A model generated the notes under the pieces. The model ran no database searches. It was not told the DNA's origin and was given only the letters and a program-made list of their open reading frames with translations. The position numbers were made by a program, and so were the translations under genes. A stretch of DNA of 64,000 bases from Halarcobacter sp. Its GTDB lineage: Bacteria > Campylobacterota > Campylobacteria > Campylobacterales > Arcobacteraceae. Shown here piece by piece: positions 39,999-50,031 of the stretch. Position 1 is the first letter of the stretch. Every line of letters starts with the position of its first letter. The stretch covers positions 1,472,001 to 1,536,000 of the forward strand of contig OY781089.1 of NCBI GenBank assembly GCA_963676565.1, in the 5' to 3' direction.

Positions 39999-40084
39999 TG
40001 GTGCGAATGGAGGGATTTGAACCCTCACACCAGTACTGGCATTAGCCCCTCAAGCTAACGTGTCTACCGTTCCACCACATTCGC
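39999..40084 (-). tRNA. tRNA-Leu (anticodon GAG), CCA encoded
   Basis: GCGAATG acceptor stem; TTAGC-TTGAGGG-GCTAA anticodon arm; long variable arm; GGTTCAAATCC T-arm; ACCA end. Confidence 0.96.
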
Positions 40085-40221
40085 ACATAACAATTTCAAT
40101 AAGTCTTTATACTATTGAAAATAAGGGTGAAATTATACATCAAAAGAGCTAAAATATTTAATAAATATCTTTAACTTTCTAATTAATATAAAAATTTTGA
40201 TATATACATTAAGTATCAGAT

Positions 40222-40773
40222 TTAAAATAAAGTATGCTCAATCAAAATTTTTAAGCCTATAATAATAAGTATCACACCACCTAATTTTTCGGCCTTATCT
40301 TCTAGATATGAACCCCCTTTGGTTCCCATATATACGCCAAAGTAGCTAAATAAAAATGTTGTAACACCTATGATTATCATTGATACAAAAGGATTAAGTG
40401 CCATAAGATTTAAGGTAAATCCTGCTGCCATAGCATCAATACTTGTAGCAATAGCTAAAAGTAAAAGAATTTTATTTGATGTTGATATTATCTCTTCTTC
40501 TGTATTTTCACCAAAACTGTCATATAGCATTTTACCACCAATTAAACTTAATAGAATAAATGCAAGCCAATGATCAATTGCCTCAATAAAATTTCCCATA
40601 CCTATACTTGCTAAATATCCAAATAAGGGCATTATTCCTTGAAATAATCCAAAAAGAATAGATGCTTTTAAAGCTAGTCTTTTATCAAATTTAATTGATT
40701 TAACTCCCAAGCCAACTGAAACTGCAAAAGCATCCATAGAAAGTGCAAATGCTAATAGTAAAACCTCAATCAT
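40222..40773 (-). CDS. mntP: manganese efflux pump MntP
   Basis: ALSMDAFAVS and ATSIDAMAAG signature repeats. Confidence 0.92.
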   Translation of the reverse strand: MIEVLLLAFALSMDAFAVSVGLGVKSIKFDKRLALKASILFGLFQGIMPLFGYLASIGMGNFIEAIDHWLAFILLSLIGGKMLYDSFGENTEEEIISTSNKILLLLAIATSIDAMAAGFTLNLMALNPFVSMIIIGVTTFLFSYFGVYMGTKGGSYLEDKAEKLGGVILIIIGLKILIEHTLF

Positions 40774-40782
40774 TATATATTC

Positions 40783-41055
40783 CTATTTCAAATAAGTTTT
40801 TAATAAATTTGTTACGTTTTCAATCTCTTGGGTTCTTTGTTCTTCACTCACGTGGTTTCCTAAATGTTCTTTTATATGATCGTTAAGTAGTTCATTCATT
40901 AAAGATTGTATAGCTCCCCTAGAAGCAGAAATTTGCTGTAAAACTTTAAAGCAGTCTTTTTCATCTTCTACTGCTTTTTCAATACCACTAAGCTGCCCTT
41001 TTATTTTTTTTATTCTCATAAGTATTTTATCTTTATTTGCAATTACATGAGCCAT
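40783..41055 (-). CDS. CsoR/RcnR/FrmR-family metal-sensing repressor (DmeR-like)
   Basis: MAH..RIKKIKGQ..C..VLQQI...RGA..HIKEH; divergent from dmeF. Confidence 0.9.
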   Translation of the reverse strand: MAHVIANKDKILMRIKKIKGQLSGIEKAVEDEKDCFKVLQQISASRGAIQSLMNELLNDHIKEHLGNHVSEEQRTQEIENVTNLLKTYLK

Positions 41056-41082
41056 ATTAATCCTTTAACGCAATTTTTAACT

Positions 41083-41099
41083 ATACTGAGGTATAGTAT
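41083..41099. promoter_or_regulatory. candidate RcnR/DmeR-type operator ATACT-GAGGTAT-AGTAT
   Basis: Inverted repeat with a G-rich spacer between the divergent repressor and dmeF genes. Confidence 0.6.
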
Positions 41100-41125
41100 C
41101 AAAATATTATTAATAAGAGAATAAA

Positions 41126-42073
41126 ATGAATACATTAAAAACATTAAAAACTAATTCCCCGTCACATAATTTTGATAGTTCAAATCCAATTGCCAAAAAA
41201 AATGTATTTTATGCAACACTTTTAACATTTGTAACAATGTTAGTTGAGATATTTGGAGGATTATATTATAACTCTATGGCACTGTTAGCAGATGGTTGGC
41301 ATATGAGCTCCCATGTACTTGCTCTAGGAATGGCATATTTAGCTTATGTGATGGCAAATAAATATGCAAATGATTTTAGATTTAATTTTGGAACATATAA
41401 GATAGAAGTATTGGGTGGATATACAAGTGCAATATCACTTTTAGCAGTTGCTTTTTTTATGGCTTATCATTCAGTTGAAAGGATATTTAATCCAGTAGAA
41501 ATAAGATATAAAGAAGCAATTGCTATTGCAATATTAGGTTTAATAGTTAATTTAATTTGTGCTTGGTTATTAAAAGATGATCATCATCACCATAATCATG
41601 AACATCATGAAGAACATCACCATCACGACCATCATCATGACCATGATATGAATTTAAAAGCAGCATATCTACATGTATTAGCAGATGCCTTAACCTCAAT
41701 TTTAGCAATTGTTGCTTTAGTAGGTGCAATGTTATGGGAAGTTACATGGCTTGATCCTGTTATGGGTATTGTTGGTTCTATTTTAGTATTTATTTGGGCA
41801 ATAGGACTTATCAAACAATCTGCAAAAATTCTTTTAGATGCAGAGATGGATAATCCTATAGTTGAAGAAGTAATAGAATCTATAAACAACATAAATAAAA
41901 ATATTCAAATAAATGATTTACATATATGGAAAGTTGGAAAAGGAAAGTATTCTTGTATTTTATCTATATCTGTTGAAGAAAATGAGATTAATATAAACGA
42001 AATAAAAAAACATCTTGCAAAAGATCAAAAATTAGTTCATATAACTATTGAACAATCTATCAAAGGAGTGTAA
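41126..42073 (+). CDS. dmeF: CDF-family Co/Ni efflux transporter DmeF
   Basis: SMALLADGWHMSSH; His-rich loop; NLKAAYLHVLADALTS; DLHIW. Confidence 0.9.
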   Translation: MNTLKTLKTNSPSHNFDSSNPIAKKNVFYATLLTFVTMLVEIFGGLYYNSMALLADGWHMSSHVLALGMAYLAYVMANKYANDFRFNFGTYKIEVLGGYTSAISLLAVAFFMAYHSVERIFNPVEIRYKEAIAIAILGLIVNLICAWLLKDDHHHHNHEHHEEHHHHDHHHDHDMNLKAAYLHVLADALTSILAIVALVGAMLWEVTWLDPVMGIVGSILVFIWAIGLIKQSAKILLDAEMDNPIVEEVIESINNINKNIQINDLHIWKVGKGKYSCILSISVEENEININEIKKHLAKDQKLVHITIEQSIKGV

Positions 42074-42180
42074 AACAGATTGTTTAATATTTTCCTTAAT
42101 TAAAATAACTTGAATTAGATAACTTTTAGTTCATTTTGAAAATATATATTTAAAGAAAAGTTTTTTTAAGAGGAAATAAG

Positions 42181-44301
42181 ATGAAAACAAAGAGTATCAA
42201 AACAAAATTAACAGTGCTTGTTATGTTAAGTATTGCCTGTTCATTTATTTTTTTAGGTCTAAAAAATACTCAAAATGCCTATGAATTAGAGCATAAACTT
42301 ATAAAAGAGGAAGAATTAAATTTAGCAAAAAATATTTCTGCTTATTTGGGAAACTATTTTAAGCTAAAACTATTGGTTATGGAGGCAACTGCAAAAGGCT
42401 TAATAGTTGAACCTCAAAATCTGTCAAATAAAAATATAACTGAAAAATTAAAAATTGGACTTGAAGCTAGTGCTTCTGCTTTACTTTTTTATGGCTTTGA
42501 AAAAGATGGTTACTCTATGTTATCTACTGGCAACTATTTAACTCCACAAAGGGATAATTATGATTCTAGAAAAAGAAGTTGGTATAAAGAAGCTATTGCT
42601 AAAGATGGTTCTGGTGTTACTCTTCCTTATCTTTCTAAATCTTTACAGAAACTTGTTGTATCTTTATACACTCCTGTAAAAAGTGCTGGTCAAACAATTG
42701 GAGTTTTAGGAAGTGATATTCTCCTTGATAGTGTTGTAGAGATTGTTACAAGTGCAAAAATTGGTAAAACAGGATATGCCTATATAGTAAATGAAGATGG
42801 ACAAATACTAATTCATAAAGATAAAAAGTTCTTGATGAAAAAAAGCAAATATTTTACTGATATTAAAACAAAAGAAAAAGTTAAATTTGCAGAAGTAAAA
42901 TATGATAAAGAAGAATATCTTGTTTCTTATAGTAAGATTCCCAATACCTCTTGGTATATATGTGTCAAAGTTGATAAAAAAGAGGTTTTTGAAGATGTGA
43001 ATAAAAATATCAAAAATGAAATTCTACTTTATACTATTTTACTTATTTTAGTACTTCTTGTAGTTTATTTTTCTCTTAAAAAAGTGTTGTCTCCTTTGCA
43101 AACTGTTGAAAAGGGTTTATCAAACTTTTTTAAATATTTGAAAGGTGAAGAGAAAAATATCAATAAACTAAATATAAAAACCAATGATGAGTTTGGTTTA
43201 ATGGGAAAACTTATTGATGAACAAATGCATTTGGTCTCACAACAAATAGAAAAAGATAAACTATTAATTGATGAGGTAAAAAGTGTTGTAAATAGGGTAA
43301 AAGAAGGGCATTTAGATATTTGTGTAGAAAAAGATTCAAGTAGTAAATCTTTGGAAGAGTTAAAACAAAGCATAAATGAAATGATAGAATTTATAAGTTC
43401 AGATGTAAACAAAGATATAAATACAATTTTATCTACTTTAGAAAAGTATTCAAGCCTTGATTTTACAACACATGTTGAAAAAGCTAATGGTAAAATTGCT
43501 TTAGGGTTAAATAATTTATGTGAAATTATTACAAAAATGCTAAAAGAAAATAAGTTAAATGGCTATCAATTAAATGAAAGTTCAAAAAATCTTCTTGCAA
43601 ATGTGGATATTTTAAATAGGGCATCAAATGAAACAGCTGTATCTTTAGAAGAAACAGCTTCTGCATTAGAAGAGATTACAAGTACAGTGATTAGCAATAC
43701 AAGTAAAATAAAAACTATGCAAGATTATTCAGACGAATTAACAAGTTCAATAGATCAAGGAAAAGAATTAGCTAGTTTAACAGTAGAGTCTATGGAAAAA
43801 ATAAATGAAGAAGCCTTAAGTATTTCAGAAGCAATTACAGTAATTGATCAAATAGCCTTTCAAACAAATATTCTTTCACTAAATGCAGCAGTAGAAGCAG
43901 CAACAGCAGGGGAATCTGGTAAAGGTTTTGCAGTTGTAGCTCAAGAAGTTAGAAACTTAGCTGCAAGAAGTGCCCAGGCAGCAAAAGAGATTAAAGATTT
44001 AGTTGAAAAAGCAAAATTAAGAGCTGTTGAGGGGAAAGAAATTTCAGGTAAGATGATTAATGGTTATATTAAAATAAATGAGAATATAAATAAAACTAAT
44101 GAGATTATAAAAGATATCTCAGATTCTTCTTCTGAACAAAAATTTAGTATAGAACAAATTAATGGTGTAGTTAATACCTTAGATTCCCAAACACAAAATA
44201 ATGCATCAATTGCTAATCAAACACAAGAAATAGCAAAACAAACATCTAGCATTGCAAAGAAAATCTTAGATTCTGCAAGTGAGAAAAAGTTTATTGAATA
44301 G
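42181..44301 (+). CDS. methyl-accepting chemotaxis protein with dCache sensor
   Basis: [11 protein letters not shown]; 2 TM; MCP signalling tip. Confidence 0.93.
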   Translation: MKTKSIKTKLTVLVMLSIACSFIFLGLKNTQNAYELEHKLIKEEELNLAKNISAYLGNYFKLKLLVMEATAKGLIVEPQNLSNKNITEKLKIGLEASASALLFYGFEKDGYSMLSTGNYLTPQRDNYDSRKRSWYKEAIAKDGSGVTLPYLSKSLQKLVVSLYTPVKSAGQTIGVLGSDILLDSVVEIVTSAKIGKTGYAYIVNEDGQILIHKDKKFLMKKSKYFTDIKTKEKVKFAEVKYDKEEYLVSYSKIPNTSWYICVKVDKKEVFEDVNKNIKNEILLYTILLILVLLVVYFSLKKVLSPLQTVEKGLSNFFKYLKGEEKNINKLNIKTNDEFGLMGKLIDEQMHLVSQQIEKDKLLIDEVKSVVNRVKEGHLDICVEKDSSSKSLEELKQSINEMIEFISSDVNKDINTILSTLEKYSSLDFTTHVEKANGKIALGLNNLCEIITKMLKENKLNGYQLNESSKNLLANVDILNRASNETAVSLEETASALEEITSTVISNTSKIKTMQDYSDELTSSIDQGKELASLTVESMEKINEEALSISEAITVIDQIAFQTNILSLNAAVEAATAGESGKGFAVVAQEVRNLAARSAQAAKEIKDLVEKAKLRAVEGKEISGKMINGYIKINENINKTNEIIKDISDSSSEQKFSIEQINGVVNTLDSQTQNNASIANQTQEIAKQTSSIAKKILDSASEKKFIE

Positions 44302-44305
44302 ATAA

Positions 44306-44338
44306 AAAAAGATTAGAAGTTTTACTTCTAATCTTTTT
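44306..44338 (+). terminator. intrinsic terminator (potentially bidirectional)
   Basis: AAAAAGATTAGAAGT-TTT-ACTTCTAATCTTTTT. Confidence 0.85.
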
Positions 44339-44442
44339 CATTACATAAAAATAACTTAATAGTTTTCATTTACTAGTAGGTCTAATATAAAATATAAGTA
44401 TTAGTGTTATAATAATCTATCAAAGATGGTGGGATTATTACA

Positions 44443-45567
44443 ATGGAAAAAGATGAAAAAAAGTTTATTCAGTTAATTAGCGAAATTCCAAATATTGCAG
44501 TTCAAGGTTATAACAAAAATAGAGAAGTGATTTTTTGGAATAAAGCAAGTGAAACTATATATGGTTATTCCATAGATGAAGCAATTGGAAATAAACTTGA
44601 AGATTTGATTATTCCTGACTTTATGAGAGATGATGTTATTGCTGGAATAAATAATTGGTATAAAAATAAAGTTCCAATATTAGCAGAGAAATTACCACTA
44701 CGTAGAAAAAATGGAACTACAGCATATGTATATTCTTCCCATGTAATGTTAAATGAAAACACTAAAAATCCTGAGATGTTTTGTATAGATATAGATTTAA
44801 CTGAACAAGTAAAAAAAGATGAAGAGTTAAAACAAAAAGATAAAATTTTAGCCTTTCAATCTAAAATGGCTTCACTTGGAGAGATGCTTGAAAATATAGC
44901 ACATCAATGGAGACAGCCATTATCTAGTATCTCTGCTTCTGCATCTAGTTTAAAACTTAGAAACACGCTTAATTGTTTAGATGAAGAGAGTTTAAATGAT
45001 TCAATAGATTCAATAATTAAAGCAACTGCATATATGTCAAATACTATTGAAGATTTTAGAAACTTTGTTAAAGGAACCCATGAAAAAAAGAGTTTCAATT
45101 TATATGATATTATAAAATATGCTTTAGAACTTCTTGATGGAACTATAAGAAAAAATGACATTAATATAGTTTTATCTACTACTTACAGTGAAATAAAACT
45201 AACAAATTTCCCAAATGAACTTGTGCAGGTCTTGATTAATATTATTGGAAATGCAAAAGATGCTTTGATTTTAAATGAGATTGAAAAAAGGTATCTTTTT
45301 ATTACTATTAAAGAAGAAAATAAAAAAATCTATATAGAATTAAAAGACAATGCAGGTGGTATAAAAGAGGATATTTTACCAAAAGTATTTGAACCATATT
45401 TTACAACTAAACATAAATCAAGAGGTACAGGAATTGGTTTATATATGGCATATAAACTTATAACTGAAAGTATGAATGGTGATATCGATGTTGAAAATAG
45501 TTCTTATATATACGAAGATATAAAGTATACTGGGGCTTTATTTAAAATAGTACTTAATTTGGAATAG
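44443..45567 (+). CDS. cytoplasmic PAS sensor histidine kinase
   Basis: PAS (IAVQGY..FWN); IAHQWRQPL; GTGIGL. Confidence 0.92.
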   Translation: MEKDEKKFIQLISEIPNIAVQGYNKNREVIFWNKASETIYGYSIDEAIGNKLEDLIIPDFMRDDVIAGINNWYKNKVPILAEKLPLRRKNGTTAYVYSSHVMLNENTKNPEMFCIDIDLTEQVKKDEELKQKDKILAFQSKMASLGEMLENIAHQWRQPLSSISASASSLKLRNTLNCLDEESLNDSIDSIIKATAYMSNTIEDFRNFVKGTHEKKSFNLYDIIKYALELLDGTIRKNDINIVLSTTYSEIKLTNFPNELVQVLINIIGNAKDALILNEIEKRYLFITIKEENKKIYIELKDNAGGIKEDILPKVFEPYFTTKHKSRGTGIGLYMAYKLITESMNGDIDVENSSYIYEDIKYTGALFKIVLNLE

Positions 45568-45587
45568 GTTTAGTTAATTTTAGGCAT

Positions 45588-45619
45588 AAAAAAAGGTTAG
45601 AAGAAAACTTCTAACCTTT
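45588..45619 (-). terminator. intrinsic terminator of atpE
   Basis: AAAGGTTAGAAG-AAAA-CTTCTAACCTTT with an A-run that gives a U tail on the minus strand. Confidence 0.85.
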
Positions 45620-45653
45620 CGCAGTTTATATAAAAAATCTGTTAAAAAAGATC

Positions 45654-45962
45654 TTACATAAATGGGTTTGCATATAATGCGATCATCGCAATAACTAATG
45701 CATAAATAACTTGAGCTTCGATCATCGCTAATGCAATGAACATAGTAGTCATTAATTTTCCACCTAATCCTGGGTTTCTAGCAGTTCCAGCGATTGTTGC
45801 AGCAGCAGTGTTACCCATACCAATAGCACCACCAAGTGCAGCTAAACCAAGACCAATACCTGCAGCAACTACAGAGTAAGCTTTTAACATTTCACCCGCA
45901 GCAGCGTCAGCAGCGAATGCAAAACCAGCGAAAGCTAGCATTAAAAGAACGATTTTTTTCAT
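45654..45962 (-). CDS. atpE: F0F1 ATP synthase subunit c
   Basis: GxGxGxG-like helix; ARNP loop; IEAQVIY ion-binding Glu. Confidence 0.96.
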   Translation of the reverse strand: MKKIVLLMLAFAGFAFAADAAAGEMLKAYSVVAAGIGLGLAALGGAIGMGNTAAATIAGTARNPGLGGKLMTTMFIALAMIEAQVIYALVIAMIALYANPFM

Positions 45963-46182
45963 TCTAGTATCCTTAATAAATATTTTCTACAAAGTCTGTT
46001 CGGCTTGCGTATCCCTACTTAACACCTCGTATTGGGCAGAATTATACACAACTATTATTTAAATTTCCATTAGATTAACAATAATTTACACAATGATTAC
46101 TAAATGTAACAACTTAAAAAAGATAATCAGCTTTTTAATTTTCTTTATGTATAATCACTAGACTTTGATAAGAGAGGACTTT

Positions 46183-48315
46183 ATGAAAAAACTATTTTTT
46201 GGACTTACGGCATTTATATTAATAGTAATTGGTGGGATTTATGGAATCCTTTTTACAAGTGCAGGTAATTCTTATGTTGCTTCAATAATTGAAAACAAGG
46301 TTAATGAAGGGCAAAAAGATGTTAGTATGAAAGTAGATAACTTCAAACTAACTATGAATGATATACTTTTTAAAGCTACTATTGATGATAACTCTACAAT
46401 AAATGTAGAAGGAGCATTAAATATTTTTGCTCAAACAGTTGATTTAAAATATGATGTAAATGTAGCAGACTTAGCAAAATTAGAAAATTTAACAAAACAA
46501 AAACTAAATGGTTCTTTTTCTACAAACGGTATTGTAAAAGGTGATTCAAAACAAGCTGTTGTAAAAGGGCTTAGTAAAGTTGCTTCAAGTAATACAAGTT
46601 ATGATATAGAATTAAAAGATTTTAATCCAAGCAATATTTTATTTACTATGAAAGATGCAAAAATTGAAGAGTTACTTTATATGGTAAATCAACCAATTTA
46701 TGCAAAAGGGATGCTTAATATTGATGCAAATATAAAAAATGCCGATATTGAAAACTTAGATGGAATTATTACTACTACTGTTTCAAAGGGTATTTTAAAT
46801 GCAAAAGCTATTAATAAAGAACTAAAAGAAGAACCAAAACTTCCTATTGTTTTTACTTCAAAAAGTGTTAGTAATCTTGTAGGAAATGAGATTAATTCAA
46901 ATATAAATTTTGATAGTACAATTGCAAAACTTGATGTTAAAAAAGCAAATGTAAATATGAAAACATCTGTAATAAAAAGTGATTACAAAGTTTTTGTTAA
47001 AGATTTAGCAAAACTAGAAACTTTGATAAATCAAAAACTTAATGGTTCATTTTCAACAAATGGTGATGTTGTAGTAGATAATGGAGTAATTACAGTAAAT
47101 GGAAACTCTGATATTTTTGCAAGTGATACTAAATATGAAGCAAAAGTTTCTAACTCTAAACCTGAATATGTAAATTTAACAGTAAACAAAGCAAAAATCG
47201 AAAACTTATTAAATCTTGTAAATCAACCAAATTATGCAAATGGATTATTAAATATTGATGCAAAAATTAAAAATGCTGATATAAATAATCTTGATGGAAA
47301 AGTTTTAACAACCATTTTAGATGGGAAAGTAAACAATACAGTAGTAAATAAATCTTTTGAGCAAAAATTAAAAGATGCAATCACTTTTAAAGGTGATATT
47401 GTTACTGATTTAGTTAAAACTCAAGCAATCTCTAAAATTAATTTAGATACTTCACTTTCAAATGTAGATATGACTAAGGCAGTATATGATATTGCAAAAG
47501 CTGAGTTTACAAGTGATTATACTGTTGATGTGCCAGACCTTTCTAAACTTAAAGATATTACACAACAAAAAATGAGAGGGGAAGCTAAGATTGAAGGGAA
47601 TATTAAACAATCTCCTGAGCTTTTAAGTGTTGATGGTAAATCTAAACTATTTGGTGGAGATATTGATTTCAATCTTTTAAATGATAATTTCAAAGCAAAA
47701 ATTGATGGCGTTGAGATTAAAGATTTAACTCATATGATGTATTATCCAGAGATTTTTACTTCAAAATCTAATATTGATATTGATTACAACCTTGCGACAA
47801 AGATAGGAAAAATAGGTGGTAACTTATTAAAAGGTCAGTTTATTAAAAATGAATATTCTGATTTAATCAATGCCTTTGCACAGTTTGATTTAACAAAAGA
47901 GATTTATGAAAAAGTAGAAATCAAAAGTGATATGAAAAAAGATATTATTAATACTGTTGTAGATATGACAAGTGAACATACAATTATAAAAGTACCAGCA
48001 AGTACAATTAATACAGCAAAAGATAGTGTTAATGCTTTAGTTCAAGCAAAAATTTTAAAATATGAGTTTGATACTAAAATTTCTGGGAACCTTTCAAATC
48101 CAAAAGTAAGTATTGATAAAAAAGCATTTTTAAATAATACTAAAGCGGGTCAGAAACTAAAGAAGAAAACTGATGAAATTAAAAATAAAATTGAAAAAAA
48201 ATTAGGAGACAAATTTAAATTAGATCAACTATTTAATGAAGCTCCAAAACAAGAAAAGAAGAAAGCTTCTAGAGAAGAGATAGCTGCAGCTTTTAAAGAG
48301 ATGTTTGGAAATTAA
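46183..48315 (+). CDS. membrane-anchored beta-rich repeat protein (AsmA/TamB-like, tentative)
   Basis: N-terminal TM; three 178-aa repeats; C-terminal ISGNLSNPKVS; ATG 46183 after GAGGA. Confidence 0.6.
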   Translation: MKKLFFGLTAFILIVIGGIYGILFTSAGNSYVASIIENKVNEGQKDVSMKVDNFKLTMNDILFKATIDDNSTINVEGALNIFAQTVDLKYDVNVADLAKLENLTKQKLNGSFSTNGIVKGDSKQAVVKGLSKVASSNTSYDIELKDFNPSNILFTMKDAKIEELLYMVNQPIYAKGMLNIDANIKNADIENLDGIITTTVSKGILNAKAINKELKEEPKLPIVFTSKSVSNLVGNEINSNINFDSTIAKLDVKKANVNMKTSVIKSDYKVFVKDLAKLETLINQKLNGSFSTNGDVVVDNGVITVNGNSDIFASDTKYEAKVSNSKPEYVNLTVNKAKIENLLNLVNQPNYANGLLNIDAKIKNADINNLDGKVLTTILDGKVNNTVVNKSFEQKLKDAITFKGDIVTDLVKTQAISKINLDTSLSNVDMTKAVYDIAKAEFTSDYTVDVPDLSKLKDITQQKMRGEAKIEGNIKQSPELLSVDGKSKLFGGDIDFNLLNDNFKAKIDGVEIKDLTHMMYYPEIFTSKSNIDIDYNLATKIGKIGGNLLKGQFIKNEYSDLINAFAQFDLTKEIYEKVEIKSDMKKDIINTVVDMTSEHTIIKVPASTINTAKDSVNALVQAKILKYEFDTKISGNLSNPKVSIDKKAFLNNTKAGQKLKKKTDEIKNKIEKKLGDKFKLDQLFNEAPKQEKKKASREEIAAAFKEMFGN

Positions 48316-48325
48316 ATATTAGAGG

Positions 48326-49027
48326 CTATTTTATAGCCTCTATATTCTTTGTAAGAGTTAAAGAAACTCCTACCCACGATGCAATACCACCTCTATACCA
48401 CAAAATTTTTTTCTTAGGGTAACCCAATCTAACTAAGCTATCAATTGCCCTTTGTGATTGGGCACACCATGAACCATTACAAAAAAACATTACTGTTTTT
48501 GCATTGGAAAAATCATACTTTTTATTTTTGATTTTAACTCCCAAAAGTTTATAAGCTCTTTTATATTCCTCTTTAAAATCCTCATCAAATTTAAATTCAT
48601 CATAGGGGATATTTACAGAACTTGGAATTGTTCCCATATCAAACCAATCACTTCTTCTACTATCAACTAAAATATAATCATTAGGTTTTTTCATAGTCTT
48701 TTCTTGAATAAACTCTAAGACTTCTAATTCTCCAACAGTTTTTGTCCCTTCATATAAAGTAAAAGGTTGAATAACACCTTTTGTTGTAATAAATGTTTTT
48801 TTACATTGTAGGGGTATATTTTTTGAAGCAATATTACCACTTTGAAAGTTTTCAGGTGTAATTCCAAATTGGGAACAAATAAGAGGATCTTCCCTTTCAA
48901 TTTTGATACTTTCTTTTTTGCCATTTGAGTATGTATGAACTACATCAACACCTTTTATTGGTAAAATCATAGGATTTAAGGCAAATAAAAAAGAAAAACT
49001 AAAAATCATAGAAATAAATAACTTCAT
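48326..49027 (-). CDS. secreted rhodanese-like sulfurtransferase
   Basis: Signal peptide; VDSR..W...GTIPSSVNIP; FCNGSWCAQS; WYRGG. Confidence 0.87.
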   Translation of the reverse strand: MKLFISMIFSFSFLFALNPMILPIKGVDVVHTYSNGKKESIKIEREDPLICSQFGITPENFQSGNIASKNIPLQCKKTFITTKGVIQPFTLYEGTKTVGELEVLEFIQEKTMKKPNDYILVDSRRSDWFDMGTIPSSVNIPYDEFKFDEDFKEEYKRAYKLLGVKIKNKKYDFSNAKTVMFFCNGSWCAQSQRAIDSLVRLGYPKKKILWYRGGIASWVGVSLTLTKNIEAIK

Positions 49028-49149
49028 GTAAAACTCCTAAATAGTTTATAATAAAACATTACTCAAAAAATCATAAATTTGTCATTTAAATTTGGTTATA
49101 ATTTTTTAAAACCATAAAAACAACTTTGTTGTATTAAAAAAGGAAAATT

Positions 49150-49860
49150 ATGTTGAATAGAGTATTAGTAACAGGTGGAAATAAAGGGATTGGTCTTGAA
49201 GTTGTAAAAAAATTCTTAGAAGTTGATTTTGAGGTAATTGCAGTTGGAAGAGATTTTTCAAATTTTCCTCAAGAATTAAAAGATAATGAAAAAGTAAAAA
49301 CTATTGAATATGATTTATCAAATTTAGATGGTCTTAAAGATTTAGCAAAAGAGGTTGGTGAAATTGATGTTTTAATCAACAATGCAGGATATATGCAACC
49401 AAAGTATACTTATGATAACTATCCTTTAGAAGCAAAAGAACATATTATGAATGTTGATTTATATGCACCAGTTGAACTTATGACTATTTTTAGTGAGGGT
49501 ATGAAAAAAAGAGGATATGGAAAAATTGTAAATACTGCTTCAATTGCTGGTCAAATTGGGCATCCTGATATTTGGTATGGTATTGCAAAAGCTGGACTTA
49601 TAAATGCTACAAAAATATTTGCAAAACTTTTAGGAACGAATGGTATTACTGTAAATTGTATAGCACCAAGTCCTGTTGAAACTGATATGCAAAAAGATAA
49701 TTCAGAAGAGAGAAAAGCAGAATTTAAAAAAGCAGTTCCTTGTGGAAGATTTGCAGAACCTGATGAAGCTGCTGAGGTTATTTTTTGGTTAGGTACTGAT
49801 TGTCCAGAGTATGTAAATGGTACAACTATGGATTTTAATAATGGTTCTTATGTAAGATAG
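49150..49860 (+). CDS. short-chain dehydrogenase/reductase (FabG-like)
   Basis: TGGNKGIG, NNAG, YGIAK. Confidence 0.92.
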   Translation: MLNRVLVTGGNKGIGLEVVKKFLEVDFEVIAVGRDFSNFPQELKDNEKVKTIEYDLSNLDGLKDLAKEVGEIDVLINNAGYMQPKYTYDNYPLEAKEHIMNVDLYAPVELMTIFSEGMKKRGYGKIVNTASIAGQIGHPDIWYGIAKAGLINATKIFAKLLGTNGITVNCIAPSPVETDMQKDNSEERKAEFKKAVPCGRFAEPDEAAEVIFWLGTDCPEYVNGTTMDFNNGSYVR

Positions 49861-49919
49861 ATAATAAGTCAAGTTAGAAATTCATTTGATTTAACAAACT
49901 TTCTTAATTTTATAATAAA

Positions 49920-49979
49920 AGCAACTAAGTTGCATATAAGCGGAAATATATATAATTCCACTTCTGCAACTTTGTTGCA
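49920..49979. promoter_or_regulatory. paired candidate Zur boxes flanking a -10 element
   Basis: AGCAACTAAGTTGCA 49920..49934; TATAAT 49951..49956; TGCAACTTTGTTGCA 49965..49979. Confidence 0.72.
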
Positions 49980-50031
49980 TTTTTTTAGAATCATTTATTG
50001 ATTTTAATTATTACAATTAAGAAGGATAGGT

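Noticed and set aside
41575..41650. CAT/CAC-rich repetitive tract (similar tract at ~60700-60810)
   Set aside because: Encodes the His-rich metal-binding loops of DmeF and ZnuA; not a CRISPR array or VNTR.
45654..45962. Na+-translocating ATP synthase, suggested by nhaA in the same window
   Set aside because: The c subunit has E-A-Q and Met where the Na+ signature requires E-S/T and Gln; consistent with H+ coupling.
46000..46016. GGGAUACGCAAGCC resembling the c-di-GMP-I riboswitch GGGACGCAAAGCC segment
   Set aside because: The upstream GGCAAAC/GNRA stem and the second hairpin are missing; kept only as an unknown leader.
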